Source: an uncultured Planctomycetales bacterium
Lineage (GTDB): Bacteria; Omnitrophota; Gorgyraeia; Gygaellales; Profunditerraquicolaceae
DNA length: 64,000 nucleotides
NCBI GenBank assembly: GCA_964467905.1
Contig: CAYXSY010000007.1
Coordinates: 116-64,115, forward strand
Direction: 5' to 3'
Shown here: piece after piece, positions 28,853 through 38,066 of the stretch
How positions within the stretch are numbered: the stretch's first letter is position 1
How the letters are laid out: every line of letters begins with the position of its first letter
Notes under the pieces: model-generated
The model's database searches: none
What the model was told of the DNA's origin: nothing
Seen by the model: the letters and a program-made list of their open reading frames with translations, nothing else
Position numbers and translations under genes: made by a program

Positions 28853-30669
28853 CACAAACTATATTATTACCTATAATTCTTTTGCCTGCTGTTTTAGGTG
28901 GCTTATTGTTTCTGCTGCCGCTTAGGGCATCTAGAATTGCATTTTTGCTGTCTTCTTTAGTTAACGCAATCTTAGCATTCTCTCTCTTTGGCAAACAGGC
29001 AGATTATATTGTCCCCTGGGCAGGTTTTGGGTTGGATTTTTCTCTGAGACTATATCAGTTCAGCGGTTTTATTCTGGCTGCATGCGCTTTCTTTGGACTA
29101 TTAATAGCTGTCTACTCGTTTAAGTTTATGTCGGATAGACACAATCAGAAACAGTTCTATGCCTGTTTATTGTTGTCGCTTTCTTTTGTTAATGGGGCAG
29201 TCTTAGCCGACAATCTGGCATTATTATTGTTTTTCTGGGAAGCCCTGTTGATTACGATGTTCGTTATGATTAATGCAGGCTCTGATCACGCATATCATAC
29301 CGCCAAGAAGGCATTTATTATCGTAGGTTTTTCGGATATCTGTCTTATGGCCGGGGTGATTCTTGCAGGTATTTTAGGCGGGACGCTTAATATCGCCGGT
29401 ATGCATTTATCTTGTAGTGGATTATCTAACTTAGCTTTTATTTTGCTTATCATTGGAGCTCTTGCTAAGGCAGGCTCTATGCCGTTTCACACCTGGATAC
29501 CGAATGCAGCCGTTGATTCCCCGCTGCCATTTATGGCTTTTTTCCCTGCAGCTATTGAGAAATTGCTGGGGATATATTTTTTAAGCCGCATATGTTTGGA
29601 TATTTTTAAACTTGAAGCTTCATCAGCCATGAGTACGCTTTTGATGGCTGTGGGGGCTTTTACGATAATACTGGCTGTTATGATGGCATTAATTCAGAAG
29701 GATTACAAGAGGCTGCTTTCTTATCATGCTATAAGTCAGGTTGGATATATGGTTTTGGGTATAGGCACTTGTCTGCCCGTGGGGATAGTGGGTGGTATCT
29801 TTCATATGATTAATCATGCCTTGTATAAGAGCTGCCTTTTTCTTACTGCTGGTTCGGTTGAAAAGCAGACTGGTACAACCGAGCTTAGTGTCTTAGGGGG
29901 CTTATGGCGTAAGATGCCGGTTACTTTCATTTGTTTTACGGTCGCCGCGCTCTCTATTTCCGGAGTTTTCCCTTTTAATGGCTTCTTTTCCAAGGAGCTC
30001 ATATACGATGCTGCTTTAGAGAGAGGATTAGTTTTTTACATTGCGGCTATTCTAGGTTCATTCTTTACAGCGATTTCTTTCTTAAAGTTAGGGCATGCTG
30101 TGTTTATAGGTAGAAGCCGTAAAGATTATCCGCAGCTGAAAGAAGCCCCGTATTTGATGCTTTTGCCTATGATCGCGATTGCTTTAATTTGTATCATATT
30201 TGGCGTATTTAATTACCTGCCTCTTAGGAACTTAATACAGCCTATTATAGCAGACAGGCTTATGGGGCATGATTATAGCGGTATGCCGCATAATATTATA
30301 ATTATTGCTATAACCTTGATAGCATTATTAGGTGCTTTTATGCACCATATTTTTGCTGTACGTATAATGGGCAGCCCGCTTAAAGCAGCAGATGATATAT
30401 ATCATGCTCCTGTTATCAGGCGTGTATATAATTGGGCTGAAAGAGGTTTCTTTGATCCGTATATTATAGGTATGAAACTAATTGATAAATTGTCTATGTT
30501 TTTGATGTCTTTAGACCGTTTAATAGATTGGTTTCTGGGAGATTTTTGTGTTAGTCTCTCAAATAGAACCTCCCTGTTAATCAGGCAGCTTCATTCGGGT
30601 TATTACGTTATTTATATTATCTGGTCGCTTATAGGAGCAGCATTCGTTGTGGTTTTTGCGATAAGATAA
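28849..30669 (+). CDS. hydrogenase membrane subunit, NuoL/MrpA-type antiporter-like
   Basis: 606 aa and polytopic (FWEALLITMF, GSMPFHTWIPNA, SYHAISQVGYM), with an extended C-terminal region. ATGA overlap with the upstream gene. Confidence 0.8.
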   Translation: MTQTILLPIILLPAVLGGLLFLLPLRASRIAFLLSSLVNAILAFSLFGKQADYIVPWAGFGLDFSLRLYQFSGFILAACAFFGLLIAVYSFKFMSDRHNQKQFYACLLLSLSFVNGAVLADNLALLLFFWEALLITMFVMINAGSDHAYHTAKKAFIIVGFSDICLMAGVILAGILGGTLNIAGMHLSCSGLSNLAFILLIIGALAKAGSMPFHTWIPNAAVDSPLPFMAFFPAAIEKLLGIYFLSRICLDIFKLEASSAMSTLLMAVGAFTIILAVMMALIQKDYKRLLSYHAISQVGYMVLGIGTCLPVGIVGGIFHMINHALYKSCLFLTAGSVEKQTGTTELSVLGGLWRKMPVTFICFTVAALSISGVFPFNGFFSKELIYDAALERGLVFYIAAILGSFFTAISFLKLGHAVFIGRSRKDYPQLKEAPYLMLLPMIAIALICIIFGVFNYLPLRNLIQPIIADRLMGHDYSGMPHNIIIIAITLIALLGAFMHHIFAVRIMGSPLKAADDIYHAPVIRRVYNWAERGFFDPYIIGMKLIDKLSMFLMSLDRLIDWFLGDFCVSLSNRTSLLIRQLHSGYYVIYIIWSLIGAAFVVVFAIR

Positions 30670-30695
30670 GGGAATAAAAAAGAAAGGTTTCTAGA

Positions 30696-32129
30696 GTGCC
30701 GTCATTTTTCATTTTAGTCCCGTTTTTCTTGCTGGTATTTATTAATATACCGTTCAGGAATATTTCTAAATATTGTTATTTTTGGGCGCCGGCGTTTTTA
30801 TTTTTACTCCAGGCATGTCTTGTTATTCTGAATCCTTTGTTGTTCTGGAGTGTTTATCCTGACCCGTTCGGAGCATTCTTTTCTTTTGGTTTGTCAGTGG
30901 ATAAGCTTAGCCTTATTGCTTTATTTTGCATAGGCCTTGTAGCATTGATATCAATAATGGTAGGTAAGGCGACCATAGAAGATACACGCAGGAGGTTTTA
31001 TTTTGTAAATTTAATATTAATCTGTGTTATGGGCATGAATGCGGCCGTTCTATCAACCGATATATTTTCCTTGTATGTATTTATTGAAATAACCGCTTTG
31101 TCATCTTTTTTGCTGATTGGTATCTTCCGGGATAAATTCGGCATAGAAGCAGCTTTTAAATATATGATACTTTCTTCTATCGCCACGGTATTTATGCTTT
31201 CTTCTATCGGGTTATTTATTCTTATGGCAGGAGGGACGTCATTTACCGCAATATATGGGGCTTTTGCTGGAGGAACAGCTAATTTTCTTCTGCAGCTTGC
31301 GGTGGTATTATTTGTCTGCGGGCTTCTTATTAAATCTGGGGTTATCCCGTTCCACGGTTGGCTTCCGGATGCTTATGCGGCTAGTCCCGCTGCCGCTTCA
31401 ATACTGTTGGCTGGGATTGTGACAAAGATATGCGGAGTTTATGTATTGTTGCGTCTTTTTATTTCTGTTTTCTCTGTTTACCCTGGACTAAAAGAAGCGA
31501 TTATGATTTTGGGTTTGGTTTCGATTTTTGTCGGCGCATTTGCCGCCATTACCCAGAATAATCTAAAGCGTATGTTGTCCTACTCGAGCATAAGTCAGGT
31601 AGGCTATATTATCTTAGCCTTAGGATGCGCAACCCCGCTTGCGTTTTGCGGAGCAATCTTTCATTTTCTAAATCATGCCATATTCAAATCGCTTCTTTTT
31701 GTTAATGCTGCGGCTATTGAGAAGGCAACAGGCATGATAGATATAGATAAAATAGGCAGTAAAGCAGTATCGATGCGTCTTACCGGATTCACAAGTTTAT
31801 TTGGTTTCTTTTCTGCTGCAGGCATTCCGCCTTTTGCCGGATTCTGGAGCAAGCTTGTTATTATTATTGCGCTATTAGCATCCGGCAAGGTACTTTATGC
31901 AGGCGCTGCCATAGTTGCCAGCATATTAACAGTGGCATATTTTCTTTATTTGGAAAGGGGACTTTTCTTCAGGAGCGATGACAAAGCCGAACCCCAGTCT
32001 TTAAATAAAGTTTCTTTTAATCTCATTTTCCCCCAGGTCCTACTGGCCCTGATTACTATTGGTATGGGATTAGGTTTTCCTTTTATATTTAATACCTGGA
32101 TATTGCCTCTGGAGGGCCTGGTGCGATGA
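30696..32129 (+). CDS. hydrogenase membrane subunit, NuoM/MrpD-type antiporter-like
   Basis: 477 aa and polytopic (FIEITALSSF, GVIPFHGWLPDAY, SYSSISQVGYI). GTG start. Confidence 0.78.
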   Translation: MPSFFILVPFFLLVFINIPFRNISKYCYFWAPAFLFLLQACLVILNPLLFWSVYPDPFGAFFSFGLSVDKLSLIALFCIGLVALISIMVGKATIEDTRRRFYFVNLILICVMGMNAAVLSTDIFSLYVFIEITALSSFLLIGIFRDKFGIEAAFKYMILSSIATVFMLSSIGLFILMAGGTSFTAIYGAFAGGTANFLLQLAVVLFVCGLLIKSGVIPFHGWLPDAYAASPAAASILLAGIVTKICGVYVLLRLFISVFSVYPGLKEAIMILGLVSIFVGAFAAITQNNLKRMLSYSSISQVGYIILALGCATPLAFCGAIFHFLNHAIFKSLLFVNAAAIEKATGMIDIDKIGSKAVSMRLTGFTSLFGFFSAAGIPPFAGFWSKLVIIIALLASGKVLYAGAAIVASILTVAYFLYLERGLFFRSDDKAEPQSLNKVSFNLIFPQVLLALITIGMGLGFPFIFNTWILPLEGLVR

Positions 32130-32629
32130 GCGAGCTTCAATTAGATATGGTTTTATTATTTACATTGCTTATATCCGCGTTATGGACAGTTATGACCGTC
32201 AGGCTTATCAGGGCTATAGTAGGGCTGGCCCTAACCAGCGCCGTACTTTCCATGATAATGTATAGGCTTTCATCGCCTTTGGCGGCTGTCTTTGAATTAT
32301 CGGTTTGTGCGGGATTGATTTCTGTAATATTTGTTACTACTGTTAGCTTTACGCAGCGCGTAAGTAAGGAACGTTTGATTGCGCGCCGCAAGGAAAGATT
32401 TATGAAATTCTGGTATCTGCCTTTTATTCTCGTGGCAGGAGCGTTGGTATTAGTTTATTACACAAAAATACCTAAGAACATCGCTGTGCACCCTAAGGTT
32501 GATATGGATGTACGTAATATGCTCTGGAATATAAGGCACCTTGATTTGCTAGGGCAGATTATACTGCTTCTAACAGGTTCGATAGGAGTTGTAGTTTTGT
32601 TTAAGGAGTTCAAAGATGATAAGTCTTGA
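32126..32629 (+). CDS. MnhB/MbhD-E-like small membrane subunit
   Basis: 167 aa with 4-5 TM helices and a conserved acidic residue in VFELSVCAGLIS. Its position between the antiporter-like and NuoK-like subunits fits this assignment. Confidence 0.55.
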   Translation: MSELQLDMVLLFTLLISALWTVMTVRLIRAIVGLALTSAVLSMIMYRLSSPLAAVFELSVCAGLISVIFVTTVSFTQRVSKERLIARRKERFMKFWYLPFILVAGALVLVYYTKIPKNIAVHPKVDMDVRNMLWNIRHLDLLGQIILLLTGSIGVVVLFKEFKDDKS

Positions 32630-32939
32630 GTCGGCGTATCTTTTCTGGTATTTCAGCATTTTTATAATACTTTTATTTATAATTGGTGTTTACTGTATTC
32701 TGGCCAGCTTTAATTTAATCAGGGCTTTAATTGGTCTTGAGATATTAATTAAGGCTGCTACGCTGTTAATAATCTTATCCGGGCATATAAGCGGCAGGGA
32801 AGATTTGGCTCAAGCGGTAGTTATTACACTTATAGTTATCGAGGTTGTAGTTATGGTGGTCGCGGGTGGTATTGCCCTATGGGCATTTCGTCATAATAAG
32901 ACGATTGACCCCAGAAAACTTACAAATTTAAAAGGCTGA
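32616..32939 (+). CDS. NuoK/MrpC/MbhG-like membrane subunit
   Basis: 107 aa with 3 TM helices and membrane-embedded Glu residues (GLEILIKA, VIEVVV). Confidence 0.6.
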   Translation: MISLESAYLFWYFSIFIILLFIIGVYCILASFNLIRALIGLEILIKAATLLIILSGHISGREDLAQAVVITLIVIEVVVMVVAGGIALWAFRHNKTIDPRKLTNLKG

Positions 32940-32943
32940 GACT

Positions 32944-33279
32944 ATGTTTAAGGATATTTTGATTACTCCACCAGCAGTATTCCTTATTATTTTCATTGTG
33001 ATGGTACTATTAGCGCGCATCTTATCTGCTTTAGCGTTTCACAGAAAGGTTCCTTCCAAAGAATCAAAGAAGGCATATGCCTGCGGAGAGGATTTTAAAG
33101 AACATCTAATCCAGCCTGATTACAGCCAGTTTTTTCCTTTCGCGTTTTTCTTTACCATACTTCATGTTGTGGCTTTAGTCATAGCTACCGTACCCATGGA
33201 AAGCCTTGAGACTTTTGCTATCGCAGTTGTGTATATTATCGGGGCGGTTATAGGTTTATCCATACTTTTGAGGAGATAA
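32944..33279 (+). CDS. NuoA/MbhI-like membrane subunit
   Basis: 111 aa with 3 TM helices. YACGED matches the NuoA PYECG loop position, and it lies immediately upstream of the NuoB-like gene as in nuo operons. Confidence 0.5.
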   Translation: MFKDILITPPAVFLIIFIVMVLLARILSALAFHRKVPSKESKKAYACGEDFKEHLIQPDYSQFFPFAFFFTILHVVALVIATVPMESLETFAIAVVYIIGAVIGLSILLRR

Positions 33280-33714
33280 TTGATGGGGTTAGTAAAGAAA
33301 GTAGTTCTGTGGTCACAGACTAAATCTCCGTGGGTTTTGCATTTTAACACCGGAGCGTGCAATGCCTGCGATATAGAAATTGTTGCCGCCTTGACTCCGC
33401 GGTATGATTTGGAGCGTTTTGGCGTGCAGCTTAAAGGTACCCCCAGGCATGCAGATATCTTATTATGTTCAGGTCCGGTTACAAAACAAATCGAATGCCG
33501 CCTGAAGAGAATTTATGAGCAGATGCCTGAGCCAAAATTTGTAGTAGCTGTGGGTACTTGTGCTTGTTCCGGAGGGGTGTTCAACGGCTGTTATAATGTT
33601 GACGGCGGTATTAATAAGGTAATTCCGGTTTCAGCCTATATACCCGGATGTCCTGCCAGTCCCAAGGCAATTATTGACGGAGTAGTTAAGCTTTTAGCAA
33701 GCGTCAAAGATTAA
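33280..33714 (+). CDS. [NiFe] hydrogenase small subunit, NuoB/MbhJ-type
   Basis: Four Cys for the proximal [4Fe-4S] cluster in the NuoB pattern (GACNACDIE, GTCACSGG, IPGCPASP). Confidence 0.88.
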   Translation: MMGLVKKVVLWSQTKSPWVLHFNTGACNACDIEIVAALTPRYDLERFGVQLKGTPRHADILLCSGPVTKQIECRLKRIYEQMPEPKFVVAVGTCACSGGVFNGCYNVDGGINKVIPVSAYIPGCPASPKAIIDGVVKLLASVKD

Positions 33715-33738
33715 ACTTTCTTTAAAGGATAGAAAACG

Positions 33739-34200
33739 ATGCAGGAAGATATTATTAAGGATAAGCTGGAATCAAGATTTAGTTATCTCAAGGGCGCTGT
33801 TTCTGTCTCCAGAATTTCACGTCTATCTATTGAACTAAAGAAAGAAAACCTTAATGAGGTTTTAGATTATTTGATTCATGAGTTTGGATTTAAAAAGCTT
33901 TCTACGATTACCGGGATTGATTTAGGTGATAACTTAGAGTTAATTTATCACTTAGATGGAGGAGGGAGCTTGATCATCAATGTAAAGGTTCGTCTAGAGA
34001 GGGATAACCCCCGCATTAATACGGTAATCCCGTATTTTTTGAATGCTGATACATACGAACGCGAGCTCGTGGATTTATTAGGCGTTAATGTAGATGGTTT
34101 GCCTAAGGGTAACCGTTATCCGCTCCCGGATAACTGGCCGCAGGGGCAGCATCCTTTACGTAAAGATTGGCCGGGCAAGATTAGCCAAGGAGGTGTTTAA
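33739..34200 (+). CDS. NuoC/MbhK-like hydrogenase subunit
   Basis: 153 aa with NuoC-type motifs (ERELVDLLGV, YPLPDNWP). Sits between the NuoB- and NuoD-like genes. Confidence 0.8.
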   Translation: MQEDIIKDKLESRFSYLKGAVSVSRISRLSIELKKENLNEVLDYLIHEFGFKKLSTITGIDLGDNLELIYHLDGGGSLIINVKVRLERDNPRINTVIPYFLNADTYERELVDLLGVNVDGLPKGNRYPLPDNWPQGQHPLRKDWPGKISQGGV

Positions 34201-34201
34201 A

Positions 34202-35440
34202 ATGCATGATTCTGGTGAAGTAAAGATTCCTATCGGTCCTCAGCATCCGTCTTTGAAAGAGCCAGAGAGCTTCTTGATAACTTTGCGAGGAGAGAAAATT
34301 ACGGCTTCCAGTATAAGATTAGGATATAACCATCGTGGCATAGAGAAGGCATGCGAACAGAGGAGCTATACCCAGGCGTTGTATTTGGTTGAACGTATCT
34401 GCGGGATATGTTCCCATTCGCACGCAACCTGTTTTGTCCATGCCGTAGAAGAAATCGCCGCCTTAGATGTTCCTAAAAGAGCAAAGTATATACGTACTTT
34501 AATCTCGGAGCTGGAGAGAATCCACAGCCACCTTCTCTGGTTAGGTGTAGCAGGGCATGAGATAGGGTTTGATACGCTGCTTATGTATACCTGGAGGGAT
34601 CGCGAGATAGTAATGGATATATTAGCGCTTTTAAGCGGCAATCGTGTAAATTACGGAATGAATACTATAGGCGGAGTAAGGCGTGATATATCAAAAGAAC
34701 AGATAGACGAGGTAGTCAAGGGCATCAAGATTTTAGAAGAACGCACGAAATATTATATAGATTTAGCTAAGGGTGAGACTACGCTTGCAAAGAGGCTTTC
34801 AGGAGTAGGTATTTTATCTAAGGATGATGCATTGAAGTTAGGGGCAGTTGGTCCGGTAGCCAGGGCATCTGGCATAAAATGCGATGTGAGAAAAGATGAC
34901 CCTTATTCTATATATCCGGAACTTGATTTTGAAGTTGTCACAAGTGATTGCTCTGATGTGTACGGACGTACCCTTGTGCGTTTAGGCGAACTTATGCAAT
35001 CTTATAGTATGATACAGCAGATTCTTAAGAAAATTCCTGATGGACCGCTTGTTGTGAAGGCGCCGCGTAAAATACCTGCTGGAGAGGCAGTCAGCCGGTA
35101 TGAGGCTCCGCGCGGAGAAGATTTTCATTATGTAAAATCAAATGGTACGGAGAAACCCGAAAGGGTTAAGGTCCGCGCTCCTACCTTAGCCAATATTCAG
35201 GCAGTTTCGCGTATGCTTGAAGACAGGTATTTAGCGGATATGCCTATAGTTGTGGCGGCAATAGATCCATGTTTTTCCTGTACAGATAGACTTATTTCTT
35301 TGCGCCATGGGCAAAAAGGCAGCAGAGAAGTATTGAGCTGGGAGGCGTTGCGCTTAAGGAGCATAGAGTGGTACAAAAAAAGAGGAATAGATTTTTCAAA
35401 GATAAGCCAGAGGTTTTCAAATAAATTGGCAATAAGATAA
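34202..35440 (+). CDS. group 4 [NiFe] hydrogenase large (catalytic) subunit, NuoD/MbhL-type
   Basis: Both Ni-Fe ligand motifs are retained: RICGICSHSH near the N-terminus and DPCFSCTDR at the C-terminus. AAGGAGG lies 8 nt upstream of ATG 34202. The track start at 34094 overlaps the previous gene and is rejected. Confidence 0.9.
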   Translation: MHDSGEVKIPIGPQHPSLKEPESFLITLRGEKITASSIRLGYNHRGIEKACEQRSYTQALYLVERICGICSHSHATCFVHAVEEIAALDVPKRAKYIRTLISELERIHSHLLWLGVAGHEIGFDTLLMYTWRDREIVMDILALLSGNRVNYGMNTIGGVRRDISKEQIDEVVKGIKILEERTKYYIDLAKGETTLAKRLSGVGILSKDDALKLGAVGPVARASGIKCDVRKDDPYSIYPELDFEVVTSDCSDVYGRTLVRLGELMQSYSMIQQILKKIPDGPLVVKAPRKIPAGEAVSRYEAPRGEDFHYVKSNGTEKPERVKVRAPTLANIQAVSRMLEDRYLADMPIVVAAIDPCFSCTDRLISLRHGQKGSREVLSWEALRLRSIEWYKKRGIDFSKISQRFSNKLAIR

Positions 35441-35442
35441 AT

Positions 35443-36384
35443 ATGGCAAAGATTATTTTACAAATCCTTATCTTTCCCGGTTTCCTTTTTCTTTTTATGT
35501 TCGGGCTTTTCGCCGAATACCTGGATCGCAAGCTTTATGCCCGTTTTCAGAATAGAATTGGTCCACCGTGGTTTCAGCCGTTAGCCGACTTTATAAAATT
35601 ATTGAGTAAGGAAGATATAGTTCCTGAAGAGGCCGATGCCAGGATATTCAAGCTTATGCCAGTTTTTGCGCTTACGGCTACAGTGAGCGCGTTTTTATAT
35701 ATCCCTACCTGGAGTAAGGAGGCCATTTTTTCCTTTAACGGAGACGTCATAGTTGTCTTATATCTGTTGACTATCCCGACTTTGACTTATTTTCTCGGCG
35801 GGTGGTATTCGCGTTCAGTTTATTCTATGATAGGTGCTATACGTTCTTTGACCCAATTGTTTGCTTATGAGGTGCCGCTTTTTATGACAATACTGGCTTC
35901 GGCATTACTGGCAGACAGCTGGTCTCTGAGTAATATGGTCAGTTTTTATAATGCCCATCCCTGGTATTGGCTTTTTAACATACCGGGATTTTGTATCGCT
36001 TTGATTTCCTTATTGGGTAAGTTAGAGAGGGTGCCGTTTGATATTCCGGAAGCAGAGACTGAGATAGTCGCGGGAAGCTTTACTGAATACAGCGGCAGGC
36101 TCCTTGCGCTTTTTCGTTTGTCTTTGGATATAGAGTTAGTCGTCGGAGCATCTTTATTAGCAGCAGTCTTTATGCCGTTCGGTTTGGGCTTTCATTCATT
36201 ACTGGGTTTTGTATTATATATCGTTGAAACTTTATTTATTATAGGGGCGGTTGCTTTCTTACGCTCGATATTTGCGCGCCTCAGGTTAGATCAGATGATT
36301 GCTGTTTGCTGGAAATATTTTGCCCCTGTGGCGTTTTTACAGGTTCTTCTTAACTTGATTTTGAAAGGAATACTTCCAAGATGA
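35443..36384 (+). CDS. NuoH/MbhM-like membrane subunit
   Basis: 313 aa and polytopic, with NuoH signatures (RKLYARFQNRIGP, FAYEVPL, ERVPFDIPEAETEIVAG). Confidence 0.85.
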   Translation: MAKIILQILIFPGFLFLFMFGLFAEYLDRKLYARFQNRIGPPWFQPLADFIKLLSKEDIVPEEADARIFKLMPVFALTATVSAFLYIPTWSKEAIFSFNGDVIVVLYLLTIPTLTYFLGGWYSRSVYSMIGAIRSLTQLFAYEVPLFMTILASALLADSWSLSNMVSFYNAHPWYWLFNIPGFCIALISLLGKLERVPFDIPEAETEIVAGSFTEYSGRLLALFRLSLDIELVVGASLLAAVFMPFGLGFHSLLGFVLYIVETLFIIGAVAFLRSIFARLRLDQMIAVCWKYFAPVAFLQVLLNLILKGILPR

Positions 36385-36773
36385 GTAGGCCAGGTAAGGT
36401 TACTAGGCAGGTTTTGTCTTCTTTGACCAAGAAACCGGCAACTATAAATTATCCGCGCCAGGCATCCCCTATGCCTAAAGGATTCCGCGGTAAACTTAAA
36501 TTTAATCCCGATCTTTGTATAGGGTGCCGTATGTGCATGCGTGATTGCCCTACGGGAGCAATAGAAATACGCAAAGTAGCCGATAAAACATTCGAGGCAG
36601 TAATAGATTTGGGTAAATGTATATATTGCGGACAATGTGCGGATTCCTGTATAAAAAAAGCCATACAGCTGACAGGCGATTTCGAGCTTGCCGAGCTTGA
36701 TTATAAGAAGCTTAATATTATTTTTAAGAATGAACCATCTGAAGGAAGCTCTCAGGGGCAAGCTAAAGAATAA
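36381..36773 (+). CDS. 2x[4Fe-4S] ferredoxin subunit, NuoI/MbhN-type
   Basis: CIGCRMCMRDCP and CIYCGQCADSC motifs. ATGA overlap with the upstream gene. Confidence 0.85.
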   Translation: MSRPGKVTRQVLSSLTKKPATINYPRQASPMPKGFRGKLKFNPDLCIGCRMCMRDCPTGAIEIRKVADKTFEAVIDLGKCIYCGQCADSCIKKAIQLTGDFELAELDYKKLNIIFKNEPSEGSSQGQAKE

Positions 36774-37227
36774 GCACAAAATTGTTGTCTTAGGTATAGG
36801 TTCTGATTTCAGGGGTGATGATGCCTCTGGGCTTATGGCCGCTAGAATTGTTTTAAGAAGGATATCCAGGCGTAAGACGCCAGGCAGAATTAGCGCGGTC
36901 TTTGCAGAGTCAGTTCCTGAAAATATCACAGGTTTAATCCGTAAGATAAAACCTGGCTACGTTATAGTTATTGATTCTGCGCATATAGGTAAGCAGGCTG
37001 GAGATTTTTGTGTCATTGAGCCCAGCGATATAGAAAATAATCTTGTCAGTACCCATAAAGTGTCTTTGGACGTGTTCTCTAGATATCTTGAGCAGAGTAT
37101 AGGTTGTAAAATGTTTATCGTTGGGATACAGCCTAAGTCTATAAAATTCGGTTCTTCTGTTACTAAACAGGTAGCATTAGCCGCAAAAAAAGTAGCCGTT
37201 ACGTTAATTGAGCTTGACAAGGCCTGA
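36730..37227 (+). CDS. hydrogenase maturation endopeptidase (HycI-like)
   Basis: KIVVLGIGSDFRGDDASG, then DSAH and VSTHK. Met at 36730 is chosen; the track start at 36688 lies deeper inside the previous gene. Confidence 0.75.
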   Translation: MNHLKEALRGKLKNKHKIVVLGIGSDFRGDDASGLMAARIVLRRISRRKTPGRISAVFAESVPENITGLIRKIKPGYVIVIDSAHIGKQAGDFCVIEPSDIENNLVSTHKVSLDVFSRYLEQSIGCKMFIVGIQPKSIKFGSSVTKQVALAAKKVAVTLIELDKA

Positions 37228-37359
37228 TTATATGGTATAATTTACTTGTAATAGATAAGAAAGACAAAGATGTCTTCAGGCAAATAGGCCTGAAGATTTT
37301 TTATTCTCTAGGACTAAGGCGTCCTTTTATCCGGTGGTGGGTAGAGGGACGTTTTTTTT
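37214..37359 (+). promoter_or_regulatory. promoter plus two tandem hairpin/terminator units upstream of the sigma-factor gene
   Basis: TTGACA (37214-37219), 16-nt spacer, TGgTATAAT (37233-37241). AAGAC-AAAGAT-GTCTT at 37261-37276 overlaps terminator TCTTCAGGC/GCCTGAAGA + TTTTTT (37273-37302). GGAC-TAAGGC-GTCC at 37311-37324 overlaps a second stem (37320-37328/37343-37351) followed by T8. Confidence 0.65.
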
Positions 37360-37375
37360 GTTTTAAAGGAGAGCC

Positions 37376-37900
37376 ATGAGTGATTTTGAGATTTTATTAA
37401 AAAGAATATCGCCGGTTTTAAAAAGAATAACCTTTAAATTAGGCGGATATCATACTTTTCTTAACGAAGAAGATTTATATCAGGAAGCCCTGGTATTTTT
37501 ATGGCAAAAATTAGGCTTGGGCGAGCTTTCTGATAAGACGGATAGTTATATACTACAGGGTTGTTATTTTCATCTTAAGAATTATATAAGAAAAAAATAC
37601 AAGAAGATTAATTTTATAAGCATAGATAATATTATAAATGCTGAAGAAGATAACACGCGCAGTGGTTTTTCATTGAAAGATGAGAAATCGCTTTATTACA
37701 GAGACGAGCTTAATGCCAGGTTTATTGCGGATTCTATACGCAATAACGGGTTAGACGATAGAGAAAAAGAGATTGTGGGCTATTATGCGCAGGGTCTTAC
37801 TACCAGGGACATAGGGAAACGATTAGGCCTTTCCCATGTACGTATAGTAAAAATAACCGCCGAAATACGGGTTAAATGCCGCAAGCATATAGATTATTGA
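37376..37900 (+). CDS. ECF-like sigma-70 family factor (regions 2 and 4 only)
   Basis: Region 2 is EDLYQEALVFLWQK. Region 4 HTH is REKEIVGYYAQGLTTRDIGKRLGLSHVRIVKI. No anti-sigma gene is evident next to it. Confidence 0.65.
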   Translation: MSDFEILLKRISPVLKRITFKLGGYHTFLNEEDLYQEALVFLWQKLGLGELSDKTDSYILQGCYFHLKNYIRKKYKKINFISIDNIINAEEDNTRSGFSLKDEKSLYYRDELNARFIADSIRNNGLDDREKEIVGYYAQGLTTRDIGKRLGLSHVRIVKITAEIRVKCRKHIDY

Positions 37901-37971
37901 TTTTGTTGTTACCAATTCATGTAAATTGTTACTTGTATAAGTGAAACACATTGATGTGTAGTAGTAAAGCC

Positions 37972-38009
37972 AAGGATGCTTAAGTTTTAAGTATCCTTTT
38001 TTTGTTTTT
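37972..38009 (+). terminator. intrinsic terminator after the sigma-factor gene
   Basis: A 12-bp stem AAGGATGCTTAA/TTAAGTATCCTT (one G-U pair), 3-nt loop, then TTTTTTTGTTTTT. Confidence 0.75.
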
Positions 38010-38012
38010 ATC

Positions 38013-38066
38013 AAGACGTTGGTGTCTTTTTGGCATTGGAGTCGCCAGGAAGGCGCCATTTTTTTT
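38013..38066 (+). promoter_or_regulatory. AAGAC-N6-GTCTT hairpin plus U-run, then a GC hairpin plus T8; alternatively a sigma54-like -24/-12 element
   Basis: AAGAC-GTTGGT-GTCTT at 38013-38028, followed by TTT. CGCC-AGGAA-GGCG at 38043-38055, flanked by TGG/CCA and followed by T8 (38059-38066). TGGCAT-N5-TCGC at 38031-38045 matches the GG/GC spacing of sigma54 promoters. Confidence 0.4.
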
